From Deltaproteobacteria bacterium (GTDB lineage Bacteria > Desulfobacterota > Binatia > UBA9968): DNA of 64,000 nucleotides. This document shows positions 53,765 to 61,777 of the stretch, piece after piece. The notes below the pieces were generated by a model. It did no database searches, was not told where the DNA came from, and worked only from the letters and a program-made list of their open reading frames with translations. A program made the position numbers and the translations under genes. How positions within the stretch are numbered: the first letter of the stretch is position 1; every line of letters begins with the position of its first letter. The DNA lies in assembly GCA_005879605.1 (NCBI GenBank), contig VBKE01000002.1, forward strand, positions 5,379 through 69,378. Reading direction: 5' to 3'.

Positions 53765-54856
53765 CTACGGCTCCTGGGTTTCTTTGAGCGTCTCTTCGTT
53801 TGGCGTTAGCCCAAGGCCAGGCTGCTCGGTCAATGTCACCGTTCCGCGGGACGGCTTCGGTGGATCGCGGAAGATCATCTCGCCCGTCACCCACATCGGC
53901 ACGTGAAACTCGACCCGCCAGCCGTTGGCCACACCCGCAATCAAGTGCATGTTGTGGTGCGGCCAGCCACCGCCGTTGGCAATTGGTATGTTGTAGGCCT
54001 GCGCCATCGCGGCAACCTTCACGCCTTCCGTGTAGCCTCCCACATAGACAACGTTGGGCTGAAGGATGTCCACCGCCTCGTGGACTAGCAACTCACGGTG
54101 GCGCCATTTGTGTCCTTCGTTCTGACCGGCAGAGATGGGGATCTTAGTTTGACGCCTGAGATTGGCAAGCAGCCGCGCGTCATTTCCGTAGAGGGGTTCC
54201 TCGAACCACTTAATTCCATAGGGCTCAATGCGTTTGGCAAGATCGAGCGCCACCGGAAACGAAAAGAGATAGTTCGCATCGATCATGAGCTCTACCTGAT
54301 CGCCCACCGCCTCGCGCACCGCGCGCACTCGCGCGGCGTCCTCGGCCGGGTCTTGGGCGCCGTTGATAGCTACCACCATCTTGAGCTTGTCGTGCCCCTG
54401 CGCCGTAAAGTGCTTTGCCGCCTCCACGAGCTGGTCGCGACTATATTCCAGCAGGCCGAAGGTGATATATGCGGGAACAGTGGCACTGTATCCGCCCAGA
54501 AGTTTCCATACGGGCTGGCCGAGATGCTTTCCTTTTATGTCCCAGAGCGCGATGTCCACCGCGCTGACAGCGGAGGACCAGGCGCCGGTTTGAGCCCGAG
54601 GATTCAGCCGATAGAAAAGATCGTACCAGTGACGCTCCGTCAACAGCGGGTCTTTGCCGACGAGCAAGGGGGCGATCTCGCGATTGATAAGTTCCCGCGC
54701 CGCAAACCGTTGAATCGGTCCCGTCAATCCGTACCCCGTTACCCCACCGTCCGTCTCTACGCGAACGAACACGATCTCACGTATAATCGGCTGGTGCATT
54801 AGGGGCACCTTTGCTGGGACGCGATGAGAGGTTGCTTCGATGCGAGTAATCTTCAT
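53765..54856 (-). CDS. Enolase-superfamily enzyme (mandelate racemase/muconate lactonizing family)
   Basis: KITRIE..VP, AVDIALWDIKGK, MIDAN, FEEP. Length 363 aa. Confidence 0.8.
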   Translation of the reverse strand: MKITRIEATSHRVPAKVPLMHQPIIREIVFVRVETDGGVTGYGLTGPIQRFAARELINREIAPLLVGKDPLLTERHWYDLFYRLNPRAQTGAWSSAVSAVDIALWDIKGKHLGQPVWKLLGGYSATVPAYITFGLLEYSRDQLVEAAKHFTAQGHDKLKMVVAINGAQDPAEDAARVRAVREAVGDQVELMIDANYLFSFPVALDLAKRIEPYGIKWFEEPLYGNDARLLANLRRQTKIPISAGQNEGHKWRHRELLVHEAVDILQPNVVYVGGYTEGVKVAAMAQAYNIPIANGGGWPHHNMHLIAGVANGWRVEFHVPMWVTGEMIFRDPPKPSRGTVTLTEQPGLGLTPNEETLKETQEP

Positions 54857-55061
54857 TAGTTTATCTCCTGGATTGAGACTTTAAACGCGGCGAAAAGTCC
54901 AAAGTACAAACGCGGACGCTACATGTCAGGAGCATCCACGCACCTGATTAGTGAAACGAAGATTAGACGGGTGAAACTAACCCACGAAGATTGACGGGTC
55001 AAGTATCGCTACGAATTGCCTGCATCGGTCTTCTCCCTAATCTAAAATCGGCGATCAAAAA

Positions 55062-56102
55062 TCATCTGATCACCTTATCCGCCATCGCCAGCATCTTTGG
55101 CGGCATCACGAGACCGATCTGCTTGGCGGTCTTCAAATTGACCGTGAAAATAAACTTGGTCGGATACTCAATAGGCAGCTCGGCTGGCTTTGCCCCTTTC
55201 AGAATCTTGTCCACGAAAATGGCGGCTCGGCGATACGAGTCCGTGAGATCTGCGCCAAATGACATAAGGCCCCCAGCCTCCACAAATTCCTTTGTTGGGT
55301 ATATTGCTGGCAGCCGACTCTCTGACGCCAGCTCGACGATGCGTGCTCGTTGACTCACGACCAGCGGGTCCAGCAGGGTCACGAGACCCATCCCGCGCTG
55401 CTTGGGTACGTTTTTGAACGCGGGGGCGAGATCCTCGCTGCGTCGCACCTCTAGGGACTGGACTGATAACTTCAACACCCGGACTGCGTCTTGCATTTCT
55501 CGGAAGGCAATCGCTGTCCCTGGATTGGCTGCATTCCAGAGGATGGCGATGCGAGAGAGCTTAGGGACGGCTTCCTTGAGCAATTCGAGCTGCTTCCCGC
55601 TGTAGTCCGGGGATGCGCTGCTCAAGCCCGTGACGTTACCGCCGGGTCGAGCGAGGCTCGCGACAAGCCCGAGCGCAACGGGATCTGCGCTGTGCACGAT
55701 AATGATTGGAATGGTTGCGGTCGCTTGTTTGGCAGCCTTGACCGCGGGCGTAGCGGCGGCGACTATGATGTCAACCCGGAGACGGATCAGGTCGGCCGCC
55801 AGCGCCGGTAGTCGCTCCTCCCTATCATCGTCAAACCGCTGCTCAAGAGCGATGTTCTTGCCCTCCACGTAGCCCCGCTCGCGCAGCCCCTGCTGGAAGG
55901 CTTCGAGCCGGGTCATGAGAGAGGTAGAAGTACCCTGCAATAGAAGACCAACGCGCGGCGCTTTCATCGGCTGCTGCGCCTCGGCCGACGAGAGAGTCGG
56001 CAGAAAGACAGTTAGCAGTAGGCAGGTAAGAGTCTGTTTGATGATCTGTTTTGCACCCGATTTCTTACTGCTAACTGCTTGCTGCTGTCTGCTCGCTGTC
56101 AT
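55062..56102 (-). CDS. ABC_sub_bind (COG2984) substrate-binding protein, B-type copy 1
   Basis: RVGLL.., FQQGLRERGYVEGKNI, SLARPGGNVTGLS, DKILKGAKPAELP, ADKVIR. The start ATG overlaps the upstream stop (ATGA). Confidence 0.8.
   Translation of the reverse strand: MTASRQQQAVSSKKSGAKQIIKQTLTCLLLTVFLPTLSSAEAQQPMKAPRVGLLLQGTSTSLMTRLEAFQQGLRERGYVEGKNIALEQRFDDDREERLPALAADLIRLRVDIIVAAATPAVKAAKQATATIPIIIVHSADPVALGLVASLARPGGNVTGLSSASPDYSGKQLELLKEAVPKLSRIAILWNAANPGTAIAFREMQDAVRVLKLSVQSLEVRRSEDLAPAFKNVPKQRGMGLVTLLDPLVVSQRARIVELASESRLPAIYPTKEFVEAGGLMSFGADLTDSYRRAAIFVDKILKGAKPAELPIEYPTKFIFTVNLKTAKQIGLVMPPKMLAMADKVIR
56065..56099. repeat. Five tandem heptamers TnnCTGC
   Basis: TTACTGC TAACTGC TTGCTGC TGTCTGC TCGCTGT sit immediately 3' (on the minus strand) of the coupled ATG. 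Confidence 0.6.
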
Positions 56103-57082
56103 TTGATCACCTTGTCTGCCCGGTACAGCACAGACTGCGGAATCGTGACCCCGATTTGCTTCGCCGCTTTGAGGTTGATGACCAGCTCGAACTTTGCCGG
56201 GGCTTCAACGGGCAGATCCGCCGGCTTAGCTCCTTTCAGGATCTTATCTACATACGTCGCGGCCCGCCTGTGCATGCCCGGGTAGCTTGGCCCATAGGAC
56301 ATCAAGCCACCTGCTTCGACCAACTCCTCGTATGCATGCACCCCTGGTAAGCGATTTTGAGTGGCGAAGTCCATGATGCGCGCGCGGTTGTGCAGGAACA
56401 GGCGATCCGCCAATACGAGGAGCGCACCCGGCCGGTCTCTGCGAATTATCGCAAACGCATTGTCGAACTGCTCCTGCGCTTGCACCCCGAGGGAGAGCAC
56501 TTTTATTCCCATCGCGTGAGCAGCCGCCTGCGTCTCCCTTTCCCCCACCACCTGCAAAGGGCTGGTGGGGTTCCAGAGTACAGCAACGTGCGAGATTTTA
56601 GGGACCACTTCCCTAAGCAGCTCCAACCGCTTCCCGTCTAGCTCCGGTGAGATCGAGGTCAACCCGGTGAGGTTTCCGCCAGGGTGAGCGAGGCTTGCGA
56701 TGAGGCCAGTCCCCACTGGGTCGCCGACGGCGATCATGACAAGGGGCAAGGTCGTTGTCGCCTTCTTGAGAGCGATCGTGGCGGGCGTGCCGGCGGTAAC
56801 GATCAGGTCAACGTTAAGGGCGATCAGCTCGGCGATAAGGGTGGGAAAGCGCTCATACTTTCCCTCGGCCCATCGCCACTCAATGACGATGTTTTTACCC
56901 TCGATATAGCCAAGGTCACGCAACCCTTCGCGAAACGGCCCGACGAGATTCTCCTCAAGCGCAGGGGTAGAGTTCCCCAGAAAACCTATCCGGGGGATTT
57001 TCTTTGGCTGCTGCGCTTCCGCGAGATGGACCGACACGAGAATTAAAGTTGCTAGAAATGAGACGACGATCTTTTTATTCAT
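56099..57082 (-). CDS. ABC_sub_bind (COG2984) substrate-binding protein, A-type copy 2
   Basis: MNKKIVVSFLATL signal, FREGLRDLGYIEGKNIVIEWRWAEGK, ADKVIK. Confidence 0.8.
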   Translation of the reverse strand: MNKKIVVSFLATLILVSVHLAEAQQPKKIPRIGFLGNSTPALEENLVGPFREGLRDLGYIEGKNIVIEWRWAEGKYERFPTLIAELIALNVDLIVTAGTPATIALKKATTTLPLVMIAVGDPVGTGLIASLAHPGGNLTGLTSISPELDGKRLELLREVVPKISHVAVLWNPTSPLQVVGERETQAAAHAMGIKVLSLGVQAQEQFDNAFAIIRRDRPGALLVLADRLFLHNRARIMDFATQNRLPGVHAYEELVEAGGLMSYGPSYPGMHRRAATYVDKILKGAKPADLPVEAPAKFELVINLKAAKQIGVTIPQSVLYRADKVIK

Positions 57083-57160
57083 CGAGTTTCTCCGCCAATC
57101 GAAAATCCAAAACCTGTGGTGAGCCCTTCGGCTGAACTCAGGATAAACTCCGTCGAACCA

Positions 57161-58201
57161 TCACTTGATCACCCTATCCGCCTGCGCCAGCACATTCGGC
57201 GGTATCGTCAGGCCGATCTGCTTCGCCGCCTTCAGGTTGATGATGAACTCGAACTTCTTCGGCTGTTCCACGGGGAGATCGGCGGGCTTGGCTCCTTTCA
57301 AGATCTTGTCCACATACGTAGCGGCGCGCCGGAACAAGTCGGTACTGCTCACGCTGTAGGTCATGAGGCCCCCGTCTTCCACAAATTCTGCCCTGTCATA
57401 TATCGCCGGTAGCCGGTTCTTTACCGCGAGGTCTGTAATCTGTGTTCGCTGAGAAGTAGCGAAGGGGCTCGTCAGCACGAGGACTGCGTCAGCACGCCCC
57501 TTGCTTGCGGCTCGGAACGCAGTCTCAATATCCTTGGGACTTAGTATGTCCAGGTATTGAAGCTTCACTCCGAACGCGCCGGCCGCGAGTTCCGTTTCTT
57601 TTAACGATTGTGCGTTGCCCGACCTGGTTGAACTCCCGAGGACAGCCACGCGCGAGAGCCTGGGAACGATCTCCTTCATAAGCTCCAGTTGTTTTCCGCT
57701 TAGCTCCGGGGCAAGGGTTGCCAGTCCAGTAATGTTACCGCCCGGTCGCGCAAGGCTGGCGACGAAGCCGCTCCCGACAGGGTCGGTATCCTGCGCCATG
57801 ACAATGGGAATCGTAGAAGTTGCTTTTTTGGCCGGACGGGTTGCTGTCGAACCACCCGAGACGATGATGTCGACCTTGAGACGCACTAGCTCGGCGGCGA
57901 GCGCAGGGAGGCGATCGGGTTTTCCCTCTGCGTATCGCCACTCAATGACGATGTTCTTTCCCTCGACGTAGCCAAGGTCCCGCAGACCCTGCCGGAAAGC
58001 CCCGAAGCGGGCCGAGTTAGCGGAAAGGGAGACAGCGGCTAGGAATCCTATCCGGGGGATTTTTATTGGCTGCTGCTGCGCCTCGACTGCAAAGCACGGA
58101 GCAAGGAGGAGGGAGCATAGAGAAAGGAGAATGATTTTTTTTGTCATTGCTGCCCGTCCTGCTTTTCCGATCTCTGACGTCTGACTTCTGACCTCTGTCA
58201 T
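57161..58201 (-). CDS. ABC_sub_bind (COG2984) substrate-binding protein, B-type copy 3
   Basis: Family motifs as above. The coupled ATG is at 58201, with an alternative Met at 58147 just before the signal peptide. Confidence 0.8.
   Translation of the reverse strand: MTEVRSQTSEIGKAGRAAMTKKIILLSLCSLLLAPCFAVEAQQQPIKIPRIGFLAAVSLSANSARFGAFRQGLRDLGYVEGKNIVIEWRYAEGKPDRLPALAAELVRLKVDIIVSGGSTATRPAKKATSTIPIVMAQDTDPVGSGFVASLARPGGNITGLATLAPELSGKQLELMKEIVPRLSRVAVLGSSTRSGNAQSLKETELAAGAFGVKLQYLDILSPKDIETAFRAASKGRADAVLVLTSPFATSQRTQITDLAVKNRLPAIYDRAEFVEDGGLMTYSVSSTDLFRRAATYVDKILKGAKPADLPVEQPKKFEFIINLKAAKQIGLTIPPNVLAQADRVIK
58173..58200. repeat. Four tandem heptamers TCTGACn
   Basis: TCTGACG TCTGACT TCTGACC TCTGTCA; the last unit contains the stop/start overlap. 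Confidence 0.65.
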
Positions 58202-59184
58202 TTGATGACTTTGTCCGCCCGATATAGCACCGACTGCGGAATCGTTAGGCCGATCTGCTTGGCCGCCTTCAGGTTGACGATGAACTCAAACTTCGTCGGC
58301 TGCTCCACGGGCAGATCGGCCGGCTTCGTTCCTTTCAAAATCTTATCCACATACGTGGCAGCGCGGCGGTGCATGTCGGGAGCGCTGAACCCATAGGACA
58401 TGACCCCGCCAGCGTCTACGAACTCCCTTTGTCCATACATGGACGGCAGCCGATTCGTCTGCGCAAAGCTCGCGATCCGGTCTCGGTTAGCGAACGCTAC
58501 GGGATTCGGTCCAGGTACAATCAACGCCTGCGCGCGCTGTTTCGTCACTGCTGAGAAAGCGCGGTCGAAGTCCTCGGCGCGGACCACTTCAGCGGATTGA
58601 AGCTGCAGACCCAGCGAACGGGCCGCACCCTCTGTTTGGTTGTAGTCAAGCACGGCGCCCCGGACGTCGGGATTCCAGAGAAAGGCCAAGCGGGAAAGCC
58701 CGGGGACGGCTTCCATCAGCAGCTCCAGCCGCTTCCCGCTGAGCTCCGGGGAGATAGTGCTGTTGCCGGTGACATTTCCACCGGGGCGCGCAAGACTCGC
58801 AACTAACCCGGTCCCGACCGGATCGCTGCTTATCGCCATGACGATCGGGATCGTCTGAGTCTCTCGTTTGACCGCCGCAATCGCTACATCTGTGGACGCC
58901 ACAATCACGTCCACCTTGAGGCCCACCAGCTCACGCGCGAGCTCCGCAATTCGTTCGGCTCTGGCCTCGCCGTAGCGAACCTCCAAAACGAGAGTTTTCC
59001 CTTCGACATAGCCAAGCTCCCGCATCCCTTGCCGGAACGCCTCGATATTATGCGCTGCAGCCGCTGGAGTGCTCGCAAGAAGGTAGCCGATCTTCGCGAT
59101 CTTCTTTGGCTGCTGCGCCTCGACCAGCTGTACCGAAGCTGGAATTAAGGCAGCTAGCATAGAGACGATGATCTTTTTATTCAT
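58198..59184 (-). CDS. ABC_sub_bind (COG2984) substrate-binding protein, A-type copy 4
   Basis: MNKKIIVSMLAAL signal and family motifs, ADKVIK end. Confidence 0.8.
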   Translation of the reverse strand: MNKKIIVSMLAALIPASVQLVEAQQPKKIAKIGYLLASTPAAAAHNIEAFRQGMRELGYVEGKTLVLEVRYGEARAERIAELARELVGLKVDVIVASTDVAIAAVKRETQTIPIVMAISSDPVGTGLVASLARPGGNVTGNSTISPELSGKRLELLMEAVPGLSRLAFLWNPDVRGAVLDYNQTEGAARSLGLQLQSAEVVRAEDFDRAFSAVTKQRAQALIVPGPNPVAFANRDRIASFAQTNRLPSMYGQREFVDAGGVMSYGFSAPDMHRRAATYVDKILKGTKPADLPVEQPTKFEFIVNLKAAKQIGLTIPQSVLYRADKVIK

Positions 59185-59218
59185 CGGTTTCTCCGCTTTC
59201 TATTGCAATCAAAATCCC

Positions 59219-59827
59219 TTAACGCGAGGACGATGCTTCATGGAGCGTGTCCCAATACATCAGCTCGTATGCCTGGAGTAACCGCGCCGCGCGTCGGATC
59301 AGACGCGGCTCTGTGCCGGAATCAAGCCCTCGCTGGATAACGCTCAGGGCACTGGCTTCAAACGTGGCCGGAGGCGAGGCGAAGAGATCAAAAAAAGCGA
59401 CCTCCTTCTCGTTCAGGCCGAACCGCTCTTCTAAAATACGGCTTAGACGGCCACAGTTCTGACCCCAGGCAGGAAAATTGACCAGATAGGCAGCAGCAAT
59501 CTCGGCGTCAGAGGCATAGAGCGCCAGCCAGGCCATGTAGCAGGTATAGGCGTGAGCGCCGGGCAGTGGCTCGTGCTCGCGTAATTGAGCTTCGCTCAGA
59601 TCCAGGGCATGAGCAAACGTCAGTAGCGCATCCCAGGCGGCTCTTTCGCCCTGGAGGATGCCAAGGAAAAAATCACGGCTCGGCGAGCTACCGAAGCGGC
59701 TGACCAGATGAGCGGCGTTTCTGAGATCGCTTCCTATAATGGCGTACTGCTCGCCGGCGAAAAGCTGTTCGTTGACGGGCTCCAATTCCTGCCGGATCTC
59801 ATCAACCAGAGCCTTAGCATCGATCAT
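59219..59827 (-). CDS. TenA/PqqC-like haem-oxygenase-fold protein
   Basis: All-helical, about 200 aa. The layout ..AHAYTCYMAWLA..AAAYLVNF.. ..ELMYWD resembles TenA family members. Confidence 0.5.
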   Translation of the reverse strand: MIDAKALVDEIRQELEPVNEQLFAGEQYAIIGSDLRNAAHLVSRFGSSPSRDFFLGILQGERAAWDALLTFAHALDLSEAQLREHEPLPGAHAYTCYMAWLALYASDAEIAAAYLVNFPAWGQNCGRLSRILEERFGLNEKEVAFFDLFASPPATFEASALSVIQRGLDSGTEPRLIRRAARLLQAYELMYWDTLHEASSSR

Positions 59828-59836
59828 GGCAACCTC

Positions 59837-60822
59837 TCACTTGATCACCTTATCCGCCCGCGCCAGCACATTCGGCGGAATCGTCAGGCCGTTCTGCTTC
59901 GCCGCTTTCAGGTTTATGATGAATTCGAACTTCTTCGGCTGCTCCACGGGGAGATCGGCGGGCTTAGCGCCTTTCAAAATCTTGTCGACATACGTAGCCG
60001 CGCGCCGGTCCAAGTCGGGCAAGCTCACGCCGTAGCTCATAAGCCCGCCGGCTTCCACAAAATCAGACCTCCAGTATATCGCCGGGAGCCGGCTCTTTAC
60101 CGCGAGGTCTGCAATTTGTGTTTGCTGAGAAGCGAGGACAGGACCACCCAGCGCGAAGACTGCCTCAGCCCGCCCCTTGCCTGCGGCTCGGAATGCCGTC
60201 TCAATATCCCTAACATCGAGTACGTCTAGATATTGAACCTGCACCTTGAATGCTCCGGCGGCGAGTTCCACTTCTTTTAACGATTGTGCGTTGCCCGGGT
60301 CGGTCGAAGTCCCAAGGACGGCCAGGCGCGAGAGCTTGGGAACGATTTCCTTCAGAAGCTCCAGTCGTTTTCCGCTGATCTCCGGAGAAAGGGTTGACAA
60401 CCCAGTAATGTTTCCTCCAGGTCGCGCAAGGCTGGCGACGAACCCGTTGGCAACAGGATCGCTATCCTGCGTCATGACAATGGGAATCGTAGAGGTAGCT
60501 TCCTTGGCACTAGCTCGGCCGCAATCTCACTCAAGCGATCCAGTTTTCCTTCTTCTGCGTATCGCCACTCAATGACAATGTTTTTTCCCTCCACGTACCC
60601 AAGCTCGCGCAGTCCCTGCCGGAATGCCTCGCGGCGGGCCAAGTTAGAGGAAGGGGAGCCGGCACCTAGGCGTCCTATCAGGGGGACTTTCGTCGGCTGC
60701 TGCGCGTGAGCCGAAAGGCTAAGCGCTAAGAGCAAAGCGCCGAGAAAGCTAAGCGCAAAGAGCCTAGCGCCAAGCGTATGGCTCTTGCTGACACCCGACC
60801 TTTGACTTCTGACCTCTATCAT
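59837..60822 (-). pseudogene. ABC_sub_bind substrate-binding protein, B-type copy 5, disrupted by an internal 52-nt deletion
   Basis: DNA alignment to copy 3 shows that the stretch corresponding to 57832-57883 is absent, with the junction near 60508/60509. This splits the gene into ORFs 60472-60822 and 59837-60475. Confidence 0.75.
60787..60821. repeat. Heptamer tract (three good units plus two degenerate units) of the TCTGACn type
   Basis: GCTGACA CCCGACC TTTGACT TCTGACC TCTATCA. Confidence 0.55.
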
Positions 60823-60880
60823 TTGATTACCTTATCGGCCTGCAATAGCGCCTCGGATGGGATCAGCGTTCGCTCACGAC
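60819..60880 (-). pseudogene. 3'-terminal remnant (about 19 codons) of another ABC_sub_bind paralog
   Basis: The minus strand reads ..RERTLIPSEALLQADKVIK*. Its stop overlaps the copy-5 ATG (ATGA). Confidence 0.6.
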
Positions 60881-60905
60881 TGCAAAAATCAACTCGCAGC
60901 CCGCC

Positions 60906-61243
60906 CTACCACATCGTTCGAACAGAATATTGGTTAATCAGTTCATCGGGAGTCAGTATCACAAGATGGTGCACGATAGCCTGACAAACCAGCATCCTGT
61001 CAAAGGGATCCCTGTGCAGAGCCGGAAGCCGGGTCAGATGCAGCGTGGCTTCTTCGTCAAGCGGAAGCGCTCCGGAAGCGGCAGCTTACCCAAAGAATGT
61101 TTGATGACGATCTCCCAGGTAGAGACCGAGCTAAGGTAGATCTCATTCCCCGGATCTACGAACAACTCCCGTGCGTCATCGGAGAGATCAGGAGCATCAG
61201 TCACCGCCCACAAGAACGTGACCGTGTCTAAAAGAATCCTCAC
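60906..61243 (-). pseudogene. vapC: PIN-domain VapC toxin with a frame break and probably a small internal deletion
   Basis: Frame 1 reads MRILLDTVTFLW..STWEIVIKHSLGKLPLPE and stops at 61034. A second frame continues LDEEATLHLTRLPALHRDPFDRMLVCQAIVHHLVILTPDELINQYSVRTMW*. Confidence 0.75.
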
Positions 61244-61485
61244 GGCTTTTCGCCATGAAACGCATCGACCAGTTCGGATGGAAGAGGTTCGAAAAACTCA
61301 GGCGGGACCTTAAACTTCCCTTTCGCCAGCCCTATCGGACGCTTGGTTTTGCGCTGTCGTGGGAGCGGACGAATTTCCGCAATGGGAATGTTCCGCTTAC
61401 ATAAAAGTATTGTTTCTCCCCGCGCGAGTCTTTCCAGATAGCGTGAGAGATGGGTTTTGGCCTCGTGCACGTTTAGCTTGATCAT
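61240..61485 (-). CDS. Phd/YefM-type antitoxin
   Basis: MIKLNVHEAKTHLSRYLERLARGETILLCKRNIPIAEIRPL. It has a 4-nt overlap with vapC. Confidence 0.8.
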   Translation of the reverse strand: MIKLNVHEAKTHLSRYLERLARGETILLCKRNIPIAEIRPLPRQRKTKRPIGLAKGKFKVPPEFFEPLPSELVDAFHGEKP

Positions 61486-61647
61486 GGTTTTCTTCTAGCC
61501 TAACAAGTGAACTCAGTCAATACCATTGGCTCATAATCAGCGCCTGTCGAACAACGGCCATAAGCTTTCCCGTTCGTCAATCGTGGCTTTCTCCCTTGTC
61601 ACTATCTCTATCTCTGTCTGTTTGCTCCAATCAAAATCGAAAATCAT

Positions 61648-61755
61648 TTATTTAATCACCTTGTCCGCCCGCATAAACGCCATCGGAGGAACCGTCAGAG
61701 TAAATCGACGGCAAACGATTTTTCATCGCAAGGTCCGCGATTCGCCTTAGGTCAG
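61648..61755 (-). pseudogene. Internally deleted remnant of an ABC_sub_bind paralog
   Basis: ..RRIADLAMKNRLPSIYS is joined out of frame to LTVPPMAFMRADKVIK*. Confidence 0.55.
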
Positions 61756-61777
61756 AATGGAAGAACGAGCTTCCCGC

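Noticed and set aside
55062-61000. CRISPR array
   Set aside because: The periodic features here are 7-8 nt tandem units and about 1-kb gene-sized paralog repeats. There is no 25-40 nt direct repeat alternating with unique spacers, and no cas genes.
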